Below, piece after piece: positions 55,862 to 64,000 of a stretch of 64,000 bases of DNA. The number at the start of each line of letters is the position of its first letter. Within the stretch, counting starts at the first letter, position 1. Both the position numbers and the translations under genes were made by a program. The notes under the pieces are model-generated. The model was not told where the DNA came from and searched no databases. It saw only the letters and a program-made list of their open reading frames with translations. The stretch comes from a virus. The stretch covers positions 74,639 to 138,638 of the IMG/VR virus record IMGVR_UViG_3300017963_000200; one strand, given 5' to 3'.

Positions 55862-57009
55862 GCGACTTCGTCACCGAGCAGGTCCACGCCGACCTCTACG
55901 AGTACTCTCTCGCTTTGTCTCAGAAGTATGGCGTGCGCCCGGTCTATTTTACGAACAAGAACCTCCTCGATCCTCGGGAGTGCTTTGACGATATCATCTA
56001 TCTTTCTCGATATTTTTGGACCTGTTTCGTCTTCACCGGCTTGCTGACGCCGTGGCACGATGATCCCGATCCCATTGGACTTCTTCGCAAGAGTGTCGAC
56101 TACGTGCGCCGCTGGCTCTGGATCTGTGAGGACATGGATGTCGATTGGCGCAGTTACTGCGTGCTCTCCTTCTGCATGACTCCCTACGAGATGTATGAAC
56201 GTCCTACGATGCTTCTTGGGCAGCGCAAGCACTGGACCTGGATGCGCAAGTTCAGGAAGTACACCAAGAGTCGAAAGCTCGTGGATGAAGTGGCCTTCTT
56301 CATGCTGGAGTTCATTCGTCTTCAGATCGAGCACAGCGGACGCGCCTCCTTTTCGAAGCGTGTCTTCATCGGCCCCGACTTGAGCAGGGGAGTCGAGAAG
56401 GGAAAAGCTCCTCCGAAGACATTGGTGCTCTATCAGCAGGTTGCGAACCGTATCAATCAGATTCACAACGAAGGGGTCGACTATCTCGATTGGTTGGTGC
56501 TCAAGTGCCGCAATCTTTACAAGATGGCTCCCGAGCAGCCTCTCCAGATCCAGACGGTTGTGAACGTCAACCAGCTCGATCCCGATTTTGACCTGCTCCG
56601 TATCCGCGCTGCCGACGAATGGCGCGCGGTGCGGGAGTTCTTGGGGCTCTCTTTCGAATGTGAGTTCCCAGACGGGGCGATTCCGAAGGGATGGCAGCCG
56701 GCTTCCGACGACATGATCGACCGGAGCAAGATTCGGAGAATCACCGCTGACGGTTACTACTACTATGCGGACGGCACCCAACGACGCGGTAAGCGTCACT
56801 ATGCCACCAACAAGTACCTGACGATCCGAGTGTCGCCCGAGAACTTCGAGGAGTTCCATAAAGAATGGGATGATCCGCGTCTGTTGACGGCTATGCCGAC
56901 GTGGGAAGAGTACTCGCGTTACGGAATGTATCCTGATCTGTGGGACGAGAATGGTACCAACATTTCGCCCTACCAGGCGATCCGGGACGTGCGCTGGAGG
57001 AGGGGATGA
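55858..57009 (+). CDS. Hypothetical protein (383 aa), Trp/Tyr-rich.
   Basis: ATGA overlap upstream. Confidence 0.5.
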   Translation: MSDFVTEQVHADLYEYSLALSQKYGVRPVYFTNKNLLDPRECFDDIIYLSRYFWTCFVFTGLLTPWHDDPDPIGLLRKSVDYVRRWLWICEDMDVDWRSYCVLSFCMTPYEMYERPTMLLGQRKHWTWMRKFRKYTKSRKLVDEVAFFMLEFIRLQIEHSGRASFSKRVFIGPDLSRGVEKGKAPPKTLVLYQQVANRINQIHNEGVDYLDWLVLKCRNLYKMAPEQPLQIQTVVNVNQLDPDFDLLRIRAADEWRAVREFLGLSFECEFPDGAIPKGWQPASDDMIDRSKIRRITADGYYYYADGTQRRGKRHYATNKYLTIRVSPENFEEFHKEWDDPRLLTAMPTWEEYSRYGMYPDLWDENGTNISPYQAIRDVRWRRG

Positions 57010-57686
57010 GCAAGAAGAAACAGAATCCTGAGCTGGGACCAGAGGTGCATGAGCTGGTTCTCGTTGTAGATCGCGAGGTTCTGGAGGACTTCGACGGCCT
57101 CGACGGATGTTCGATCACCACGCAGCCTGACGATCTGGACCAGATCTCAGCGAGTCTGCGGGGGGCCTTTTTCATGTCGCGTCGTGAGGCCGAGGAGAAT
57201 CCGGTCTATAAGCAGATCATTCCTTACTTGATTGTCTCTTCAGGAGACCGCTACTTGACGTACCGGCGATCCGGGGCCGAGAAGCGCCTCACCGATCTTT
57301 TCTCCATCGGCATCGGGGGGCATATCAATCCTGCCGATAGCGCCGAGCGTCGGATGGGGCTGATCCGGAACAACGTGCGGCGCGAGGTGGCCGAGGAGCT
57401 GAGCCTCGATGGAGCCGAGTCCATCTGGGACGAGCTGTCAGATGACTTTGCCGTAGTCGGCGTCCTCTATGATGATTCGAACGATGTGGGTCGGGTCCAC
57501 TTGGGAATCGTCTTGCGCATCGACGTGCGTCCCGCGCTTGCCAAGCGCCTTCGGATGGGAGACGAGGGCAAGGAGATGTCCTGGAAGGTTCAGGAGGAAC
57601 TGGAGGGTATCTACAACGTCCTGGAGGGGTGGAGCAAGGTTTGCGTGGACGCGCTCGCTGACTTCGTCGAGGTGCACGCTCAATGA
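57006..57686 (+). CDS. Nudix-like hydrolase (227 aa), divergent Nudix box.
   Basis: ATG 57006 overlaps the upstream TGA. GGHINPADSAERRMGLIRNNVRREVAEELSL approximates G-x5-E-x7-REUxEExGU (REVAEELS). Confidence 0.35.
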   Translation: MSKKKQNPELGPEVHELVLVVDREVLEDFDGLDGCSITTQPDDLDQISASLRGAFFMSRREAEENPVYKQIIPYLIVSSGDRYLTYRRSGAEKRLTDLFSIGIGGHINPADSAERRMGLIRNNVRREVAEELSLDGAESIWDELSDDFAVVGVLYDDSNDVGRVHLGIVLRIDVRPALAKRLRMGDEGKEMSWKVQEELEGIYNVLEGWSKVCVDALADFVEVHAQ

Positions 57687-58429
57687 CCGATCTGAAGCAG
57701 CTGAAGGAGCGCATCATGGGGGGCTGCCCCGCTTGTGGCGGAGACGGCTACATCGACTTCGATCTGTGCAACTGCGCGATCAAGTTCCGCGCCTTCAGCT
57801 GGCTCATCGATGGTGGATTTCATGAAGATACTCTCGATCTGGTGAGTTCTTCGAACTACGTGCTGCCGATGCTGGAATCTGGTGGAGAGTCGGTGGACTA
57901 CTTCTTGCGCAATCCCTTCGACGTGATGGACAAAGGGTTGAGCCTTTACCTGTTTTCTAAGGAGAACGGGCGCGGCAAGACGACGCTGGCTCACTACCTC
58001 GTGTACGCGTTGGCGTGGCCCTTCTGCAAGACCGAGAATTACAGTCGTCAACGCACCTACGGCTTTGCCGACATGCATTCCTTGCTGGAGGCGTTTCTGG
58101 AGCGCGAGGATGTTGGGGACGCCTGGAAGTCGACGGTGTTGGTGATCGATGACCTCGGCAGTGAGAGTAGGAGCGCCGCGTGGAAGACCGACACTGTCAT
58201 CTCGATGCTGCACCGTATCATGCACTACCGTCGCAACAACAAGTTGCCCACGATCATCACCTCGAACTTCGCTCCCGCAAGCCTTGTCGGCTTCTACCAA
58301 GGGGTTCTCGACTCGGTCCTGGAGATACGTCCGGACGGCATTGTCGGAGGTAAGATCTTCCGTCAGGTCGAGGTAGGGGGCGGCGAGGATTTCCGGCTCA
58401 TGGACGGTAGGAGCGATTGGCCGACCTGA
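57683..58429 (+). CDS. DnaC/IstB-like AAA+ helicase loader (248 aa) with an N-terminal Cys4 zinc finger.
   Basis: CPACGGDGYIDFDLCNC. Walker A GRGKTTLA. Walker B VLVIDDLGSE. Confidence 0.6.
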   Translation: MTDLKQLKERIMGGCPACGGDGYIDFDLCNCAIKFRAFSWLIDGGFHEDTLDLVSSSNYVLPMLESGGESVDYFLRNPFDVMDKGLSLYLFSKENGRGKTTLAHYLVYALAWPFCKTENYSRQRTYGFADMHSLLEAFLEREDVGDAWKSTVLVIDDLGSESRSAAWKTDTVISMLHRIMHYRRNNKLPTIITSNFAPASLVGFYQGVLDSVLEIRPDGIVGGKIFRQVEVGGGEDFRLMDGRSDWPT

Positions 58430-59775
58430 TGCAGATTGACGTCAACATCGAGGCCGAATTTCTCGCCTCCATTTTGCAAAACGCTGGGTTCGTCGAGGTC
58501 GACGTCCTTCGTGTCGTAGAGCCTGAATATTTTCAGGTCGATTCCTACCAGTGGCTCGTCAGGATCTTGCAGAAGCGCAACTGGAAACCGCCTGTCTTCG
58601 AGTATCTAGATCAAGAGCTGCTCTCCGTCGAGAACGAGGAGACGCGGTTCAAGTACCGTAACCAGCTCTACGCGCTCTACATCCGTAAACTGTCGTTCAT
58701 CGAGGACGCATCCAGTACGTTCCGTGCTTACGTTGCATTCTGTATCGCCAACACCAAGACGCGGAGTGCCTTCGAGGGTTTCGCGCGCACGAGTCGGGTC
58801 GATTTCCTGCTCGACGAGATCGAAGAAGGTTTCCACAGCGCGAAGGATGTCATTCGAACCAACCGGCTTCCGGTCGTCGACTACGCCACTACGTACCAGG
58901 AACGCCAGGAGCAGCGACGGTACATCCGTGACAACCCGAGCATGAGCCCCCGGATCCTGACCGGCATCATGGGGCTCGATCAGCAGTTCGTTATCAAGGC
59001 ACCGATGCTGGCGGACATGCTTGCTCCGTTCAAACGCTACAAGAGCATCTTTTTGAATGCCTTCGGTTACGCCTTTCTGCTTCAAGGCTTCGATGTGCTG
59101 CATGTCACCTACGAGAATTCGATGGACATGACGATGGATCGCTACGACGCCATGTTCTCCGAGCTGAACTACGACCGCGTCTCGAACCTGCTGCTCACCA
59201 AGAAGGAGAAGGAGGACCTCGACCGCACGTTCTCCTGGATGCAGACCTGGAAAAATCGGTTGAAGATTATCAAGGGCACTTCTTACGAGACCAAAGTCTC
59301 GGACGTGGAAGAGGAGATCGAACGTCTCAAAGACCGTGAGGGTTTTGTTGCAGATGTAGAGATATGGGATTATTTGAATATCATTGCACCTTCGAAATCG
59401 TTCAATCAGGAACGCCACGAGCAGCGTCAGATTGTCTGGGATTTGAAAATTCACGCAGAACGATACAATGTGGCAATCTTCGAGGCTTCCCAGTCGAATT
59501 TGGAGGGTGCACAGGCGGATCGTCTCGGACTTGGCCACCGAGGATTATCCACGGATATCTCTCGCGGAATCGACCTTTGTATCGGAATCGATCAAAATGA
59601 AAAGGAGGCCGAGGCCGGCATCATAGTGCTGTCTCCGCAGTTCTTCCGGGGTGGCCCTATTACTATACCTGAAATAGTTTTAGATTCTGATCTTCCAAGG
59701 ATGGTAGTTAGTCGTGAATTGCATCGTTTATGGCAGCATGCTGCACGAATAAATCCTTACGTTCCGAATACTTAG
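58429..59775 (+). CDS. DnaB-family helicase-like protein (448 aa) with a degenerate Walker A (no GKT/S).
   Basis: ATG 58429 (TGATG overlap). N-terminal EAEFLASILQN...EPEYFQVDSYQWLVR resembles the DnaB N-domain. TGIMGLDQQF corresponds to the DnaB motif TG..eLD..t. ASQSNLEG is like SQLNR. At the P-loop position the sequence is VIKAPMLADMLAP instead of ARP.MGKT. Confidence 0.45.
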   Translation: MQIDVNIEAEFLASILQNAGFVEVDVLRVVEPEYFQVDSYQWLVRILQKRNWKPPVFEYLDQELLSVENEETRFKYRNQLYALYIRKLSFIEDASSTFRAYVAFCIANTKTRSAFEGFARTSRVDFLLDEIEEGFHSAKDVIRTNRLPVVDYATTYQERQEQRRYIRDNPSMSPRILTGIMGLDQQFVIKAPMLADMLAPFKRYKSIFLNAFGYAFLLQGFDVLHVTYENSMDMTMDRYDAMFSELNYDRVSNLLLTKKEKEDLDRTFSWMQTWKNRLKIIKGTSYETKVSDVEEEIERLKDREGFVADVEIWDYLNIIAPSKSFNQERHEQRQIVWDLKIHAERYNVAIFEASQSNLEGAQADRLGLGHRGLSTDISRGIDLCIGIDQNEKEAEAGIIVLSPQFFRGGPITIPEIVLDSDLPRMVVSRELHRLWQHAARINPYVPNT

Positions 59776-59817
59776 AACTTTTCTCGGCACTGAACATAAA
59801 TTAAGTGGTGTTTTTTC

Positions 59818-59846
59818 TTGACATGGGTTTTCGTGGCTGCTAGTTA
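59818..59846 (+). promoter_or_regulatory. Sigma-70-like promoter candidate TTGACA-N17-TAGTTA upstream of the primase gene.
   Basis: TTGACA at 59818-59823 and TAGTTA at 59841-59846, in an AT-rich 85-nt intergenic gap. A T6 run lies just upstream. Confidence 0.4.
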
Positions 59847-59860
59847 TACGGTCTGAGTAT

Positions 59861-60823
59861 GTGACAGAGTACTGGTTTTTCGGGGAAGATATGGTCGATC
59901 CGCAGTCGTACATTCTGTCCAAGTTTCCCGATAAGGAACCCAACTCCTCCGGGGAGATACATGCTCGATGTCCATTCCATGATGACCATAATCCTTCATT
60001 CTCAATAAACATTGACCGGGGAGTCTTTGTGTGCGGCTCCGGACGGTGTGGAGTACGTGGGAATTTTGCTCTTTTTTACAAGCTCATGGAAAATATCACC
60101 TCTTGGCGCGAGGTCTACGAACGCCTGAAGGTGACTCGGCTCGCCGTGGATATCAAGGAGTTATTGGCCGAGAAGCCCAAGGGGATCAAGCAGTATACTA
60201 TCAGTGAGTTTCCGCAGGCTCCCAACGCTCTCGTTGAAAACATCGGTCGCGTCCCGTACCTGGAGGAGCGTGGTCTCGACCGGAATGTCATCGATACTTT
60301 TGGGCTGCTCTACGGGCGTCTCGGCGTTTCAGCTGGCATCAGCGTGCAGGACTCGATCATTCTTCCCGTCTACGATCTCAACGGTGTCTATCTCACCTTC
60401 CAGGTCCGCTACCTCAACCCAAAATCGCGGCTGCGTTGGCGCAGTCCTTCGTCTTCACCGATTCAACGACTGTTGTACGGGGGGTGGCTGCTTCCTTGGA
60501 ACCGGTCGGGCCGTTTCTGGATCGTGGAGGGCGCGTCCGACGTATGGAACCTCTATCGTTTCGGCATTCAGAGCGTCGGCCTCTTCACAAAGGAGGCATC
60601 CGATGCGCAGCTCAACCGCATCGTGCAGATCTGCCGTGACCTCGGACTTACGCCCGAGGTGTGCCTCGACGGCGATGCGGCGACACCGAAGAAGAACTAC
60701 GGGAAGGTGATCCAGAACGAGCTGCTCGCGTCCGGTGTCAACGCGGGTCTCATTCAACTGGAACGCCACGAGGACCCTGGCGGTTTGTCCGCAGAACGAA
60801 TCGCGGAGTTGTGGAGGGCGTGA
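59861..60823 (+). CDS. DNA primase, DnaG-like (CHC2 zinc finger + Toprim).
   Basis: CPFHDDHNPSFSIN...FVCGSGRCGVRGN is the CHC2 zinc-binding motif. WIVEGASDVWNL and CLDGDAATPK are Toprim E and DxD. GTG 59861 or ATG 59891 as start. Confidence 0.7.
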   Translation: MTEYWFFGEDMVDPQSYILSKFPDKEPNSSGEIHARCPFHDDHNPSFSINIDRGVFVCGSGRCGVRGNFALFYKLMENITSWREVYERLKVTRLAVDIKELLAEKPKGIKQYTISEFPQAPNALVENIGRVPYLEERGLDRNVIDTFGLLYGRLGVSAGISVQDSIILPVYDLNGVYLTFQVRYLNPKSRLRWRSPSSSPIQRLLYGGWLLPWNRSGRFWIVEGASDVWNLYRFGIQSVGLFTKEASDAQLNRIVQICRDLGLTPEVCLDGDAATPKKNYGKVIQNELLASGVNAGLIQLERHEDPGGLSAERIAELWRA

Positions 60824-61716
60824 TGAAGCTGGACGTCATGGTGAGGATGACCATCGCCGGCCTGGAACGGGAGCATCCAGCGCTGGCGGCTGCGATTAAC
60901 AGATGGTCGAATTTCTTGTGCCATGCCGTCGAACGAGTTTCCAGGATAACCAACACCCCTCCGGAAGATGTGCTTGGAGACATCTTCGTCGGCCTCGTCA
61001 AGGTCAACGACATGTACCGCCAAAATCTGTGGCGCTACAACGGGAACCTGTACCGCATTGTCGCCTTCGATGGAATGGCGGTCCTGATTGAGACGTTGCC
61101 GCACAACGTGCGTCTCCATAAACGCTTCTGGACCGACTGCAAGAACCTGGAGCTGGTCAAGCGCGGCAAGATCGAGTCGAGCGTCTACCGTGAGATCCAT
61201 CAGCAGTATGTGAATCTGCTCGCTTCTCACTTCACGGCTAAGAAAGGCTTCGTGATCGACAGTATCAGCGAACGTGCTGTCACCGTCCGGAGTGGTCCGA
61301 GGAAGACGTTTTCCGAGAAGCGCAAGGTCAAGAACATGCGCAAGTCCGTCCATCTGGTCGACATCGATATCCCCAGCTCACGCGAAGAATTCGACCACAC
61401 TCTCTATCCGTCTTCCGCCGAGATTTCCAGCTATCTATCTGACTACGGCTCCAACCCGGAGCAGCAAGTTATCTCCGACGAGACAATCATGGGACTCGGT
61501 GACACACTGTCTCCCGAAGCGCTCGTCGTCCTGGGCTGCTTGCTCGACAATCCTGCGATGCCCACACGGTCGATCTCTCAATATACCGGACTGTCTCATC
61601 GTCAGGTCGGTTTGTCGCGTTTCGAGATCGAGCGCGATTACGAAGTATCCAGTGGCATTCCGCTCCACACCTTCGGCAAGACGCCGATCTACCTTCGAGC
61701 GAGTCAAGTATGCTGA
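60823..61716 (+). CDS. Sigma-70-family-like protein (298 aa), possible phage-encoded sigma factor.
   Basis: EDVLGDIFVGLVKVNDMYRQN resembles sigma region 2.1-2.2. C-terminal LSPEALVVLGCLLDNPAMPTRSISQYTGLSHRQVGLSRFEIER resembles the region 4 HTH. ATG overlaps the primase stop. Confidence 0.35.
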   Translation: MKLDVMVRMTIAGLEREHPALAAAINRWSNFLCHAVERVSRITNTPPEDVLGDIFVGLVKVNDMYRQNLWRYNGNLYRIVAFDGMAVLIETLPHNVRLHKRFWTDCKNLELVKRGKIESSVYREIHQQYVNLLASHFTAKKGFVIDSISERAVTVRSGPRKTFSEKRKVKNMRKSVHLVDIDIPSSREEFDHTLYPSSAEISSYLSDYGSNPEQQVISDETIMGLGDTLSPEALVVLGCLLDNPAMPTRSISQYTGLSHRQVGLSRFEIERDYEVSSGIPLHTFGKTPIYLRASQVC

Positions 61717-62822
61717 TTCAACCAGAAGGAGACAGCTTCATCATCGATCATGGACTGGGCGTCCAGTTCTGTACGGCCATCGAGCGCACCAACTCGAAGA
61801 ACTCCTATATCTACCTGTCTTGCGACGGGAGCGTGTTCTCGATGTTCGCGCAGTCCCAGCTGGCCTTCGTCATGGTCCACATCGAGGTAGCCGGAGGAAC
61901 TCCTTTTCAAGGGGGTGTCGAGTCGTCCAAGTTCATCGCGCTCTTCAAGAAGCTTTATCCCGGCAGTCGGATCAAGCTGACTCCGGTGGGGAACAGCTTG
62001 CGAATCGAAGAGGACAACATCTCAGTTACGTTCCCCACGCTGGAGTTCTACCAACCGATGCGTATGCCGGTGTTCGAGACGCTCCAGGGTGACGAAGCCA
62101 AGTGGCTCATGAACGCGGTGTCGGCTGCCTATTCGTCCGTTGGGAAGACTAAGCGGTTTCAGGGAGTTCTGGTGGACAACACGGGAGCTGTGGCACGCGT
62201 GTTCAAGTTCTCGCACGCGGCGTGGCGCAGTATCGCCTGCACTCCGTTGAGCTGCGCTACTCGGCGCTTTGTGGTCTCCGATGAGATGTCCCGGGCGATC
62301 TACTCCTTCAAGGATAATGTGGTCGGTGTCTTCGTGGGAGAGAACCATCTGGGGCTTCGGCTGGACAAGGACGTCTTTTTCTACATGCCGCTCTGGGCCG
62401 ATGAGATAGGCGAGTACGTGGGCCAACTTGGGCTCGTGGACGGTCTCCCGCAGGTGGAGGTGGCCGGTGACCGGTATGCCTTTGACCGTAAGCAGCTCAC
62501 GGACGTTCTCGACCTCATCTCGGCGGTCGTAGGAACTGACGAATCTCAGGTCCACTTTGAGCAAATAGGCCGCAATCAGAACTGTACGGTATGGAAGGTA
62601 AGTGCGGTCACGTTTTCTAAGTGCGAGGCGTCTGAAACTATTCAGTGCGTAGAGCCGGGACCGTACCGAAAAATCAAGTTTCGTGTTCATAAAAACAAGC
62701 TGCTCAGTGGTCTCAAGTCTTATGGGGAGCGCATTGACTTGTACGATGCGGGGGCTCGACTGATCCTCGCTGACAACGAGAGCTTCAACGACGTGACTCT
62801 GTTTCCGAAGGCATCTGGTTAG
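61710..62822 (+). CDS. Hypothetical protein (370 aa), possibly a DnaN-like sliding clamp.
   Basis: Size about 370 aa. LRIEEDNISVTFPTLEFYQP and the C-terminal ...NDVTLFPKA resemble domain-end motifs of beta clamps (..f.LptL.aedFP; ..LmP). This is a weak, memory-based resemblance. Confidence 0.3.
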   Translation: MLIQPEGDSFIIDHGLGVQFCTAIERTNSKNSYIYLSCDGSVFSMFAQSQLAFVMVHIEVAGGTPFQGGVESSKFIALFKKLYPGSRIKLTPVGNSLRIEEDNISVTFPTLEFYQPMRMPVFETLQGDEAKWLMNAVSAAYSSVGKTKRFQGVLVDNTGAVARVFKFSHAAWRSIACTPLSCATRRFVVSDEMSRAIYSFKDNVVGVFVGENHLGLRLDKDVFFYMPLWADEIGEYVGQLGLVDGLPQVEVAGDRYAFDRKQLTDVLDLISAVVGTDESQVHFEQIGRNQNCTVWKVSAVTFSKCEASETIQCVEPGPYRKIKFRVHKNKLLSGLKSYGERIDLYDAGARLILADNESFNDVTLFPKASG

Positions 62823-62831
62823 GAGGGCACC

Positions 62832-63482
62832 GTGGCTCGGATAAAGCAGAAGGTTCACCTCGACGCAGAGGTGCTCAAGCAGATCAACGAGTTCTACTCT
62901 TCGCGACTTGGTGACGAGGTCATTGGGCTGGAGTGCTTCTCTGATCCCAAGTTGAAGGCGCATGTTTGCAACATCCAAGCTCCTTTGGAGAACGGGGAGC
63001 CGTGCGAATACTGCAACAATGTTCCAGGGCGACAGTGCAAGATCACCTGCCATATCCATTACTTCTGCTTGGCTGCTCTGGCGTACCGGCTCGGCATCGG
63101 GGAGGCCAAGAAGAAGCCGACCCTCAAGAAGGCCCTTACCCACAACCTCAAGAAGATGACCTACAAGCGGCTTTACGAACTTGTGATGGAGCGCCTGGCA
63201 GCCGAGAACCCGGAGGACGAACCTTCCGATGAAGCCCAGATGGGGCTTGGGATCGAGGAGGACGATTCGAAGAAGCATCTCAAGAAGAAGAAGGGGCCGG
63301 TTTTCGATGAAGACGGAAATGAACTCATCACCATCGCGAAGGCCGCTAAAGTGTACGGCTGCACCTATGTGAACATGTACAGTCACGTCCGGCGCAAGAA
63401 CGTCGAGAAGGTCGTCGTGGACGGTATGACCTACGTGCGCGAGAAGGACGTGATCGAGTATCGCGACCGCAAGAAGAGCTGA
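62832..63482 (+). CDS. Hypothetical protein (216 aa) with a Cys/His cluster and a Lys-rich C-terminus.
   Basis: GTG start 6 nt after AGGAGGG. CEYCNN...CKITCHIHYFC. Confidence 0.45.
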   Translation: MARIKQKVHLDAEVLKQINEFYSSRLGDEVIGLECFSDPKLKAHVCNIQAPLENGEPCEYCNNVPGRQCKITCHIHYFCLAALAYRLGIGEAKKKPTLKKALTHNLKKMTYKRLYELVMERLAAENPEDEPSDEAQMGLGIEEDDSKKHLKKKKGPVFDEDGNELITIAKAAKVYGCTYVNMYSHVRRKNVEKVVVDGMTYVREKDVIEYRDRKKS

Positions 63483-63499
63483 TCTACCGAGGTTTACGG

Positions 63500-64000
63500 A
63501 TGGACGTCTCCTACGAAGATGTGAAAATCGCCGAAGCAGTCAACAACAGTGTTGTGCTCGAAATCTGGAAGAGGGGTACCCAGGAAAGGGTCTACTTCGA
63601 TGTCATCTGCAAGACGGAGACGAAGATCGGGGAAGATCGATTCTTCTCTTCTTTTTTGCGTGTTGTCGATGTGCCTTGCTTGGTGATCGCCGCTACTCGG
63701 GCCATGGAGTACATTTCTGTCTGCCACAAAGAGATGCGACGTTTCGGGCGCAACACGAAAACGGTGGCCACGACCGATATCATCACGACATGGGCTCCCG
63801 TCGAGCACGAGGATCGGCAGGATGAACGTGTGATCCCCTACATCCGACCTGTTCGAGAGTTCAAGTGCGGGTCGGTCGTGGCGGAACTGTATATTAACGA
63901 AGGAGGAACTTACTTAGCTCGTTTCCAGCATGAGTGGCACAGCGACAGCCAGTGGAACCGCAGCGAGTTCCTCCAGCAGCGAGAGCTGCGAGATCTGATA
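63500..64000 (+). CDS. 5' part of a hypothetical gene (at least 167 codons) running off the window end.
   Basis: ATG 63500 preceded by GAGGTTTACGG. Frame open to the last base. Hand-translated MDVSYEDVKIAEAVNNSVVLEIWKRGTQERVYFDVICK.... Absent from the ORF track because it is unterminated. Confidence 0.45.
   Translation, partial: MDVSYEDVKIAEAVNNSVVLEIWKRGTQERVYFDVICKTETKIGEDRFFSSFLRVVDVPCLVIAATRAMEYISVCHKEMRRFGRNTKTVATTDIITTWAPVEHEDRQDERVIPYIRPVREFKCGSVVAELYINEGGTYLARFQHEWHSDSQWNRSEFLQQRELRDLI

Noticed and set aside
1-64000. Searched for tRNA-like (GTTCRANYC T-loop), rRNA, CRISPR repeat-spacer arrays, integrase or attachment-site repeats, and reverse transcriptase/DGR signatures.
   Set aside because: None detected by eye. 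Intergenic gaps are short. No direct repeats longer than the 17-mer in the scaffold gene were noticed. A systematic scan (tRNAscan-SE, CRISPR finders) would still be needed.

Overview
The window reads as the late (virion structural) module plus the start of a DNA replication/early module of a high-GC, tailed dsDNA phage with a contractile (myovirus-type) tail. It is either an integrated prophage or a phage genome.

All convincing genes lie on the + strand. They are tightly packed, with ATGA/TGATG start-stop overlaps and strong AGGAGG-type ribosome binding sites. The long minus-strand ORFs are antisense shadow ORFs typical of GC-rich DNA.

Gene order, 5' to 3':
- Small acidic proteins, then a putative portal gene interrupted by a LAGLIDADG-type intein.
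- A Mu F/SPP1 gp7-like head morphogenesis protein, an acidic poly-Glu/Pro-Lys scaffold, a putative major capsid protein and head-tail joining genes.
- A cluster of tandem small-gene duplicates and membrane proteins embedded in the head-tail joining region.
- An 831-aa tail sheath, two paralogous tail tube genes, and a tail assembly chaperone pair with a textbook A_AAA_AAA -1 frameshift site and downstream stem-loop.
- Three consecutive paralogous tape-measure-like genes, about 2,500 codons in total.
- Baseplate genes: spike with beta-helix repeats, gp25/gpW-like, gpJ-like.
- An AT-rich accessory island carrying a cysteine-rich lipoprotein, an HExxH protein and an HNH homing endonuclease.
- A 1561-aa beta-helix tailspike or tail fiber.
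- A module boundary with a winged-helix regulator and promoter-like elements.
- The replication module: a 5'-3' exonuclease fused to a family-4 UDG-like domain, a DUF3310-like protein, an SNF2 helicase, a Nudix-like protein, a DnaC-like loader, a DnaB-like protein with a degenerate P-loop, a DnaG-type primase, a sigma-70-like protein and a clamp-like protein.

I detected no rRNA or tRNA genes, no CRISPR array and no integrase. All functional calls come from motif-level reading of the translations without database searches and need HMM/structure-based confirmation.
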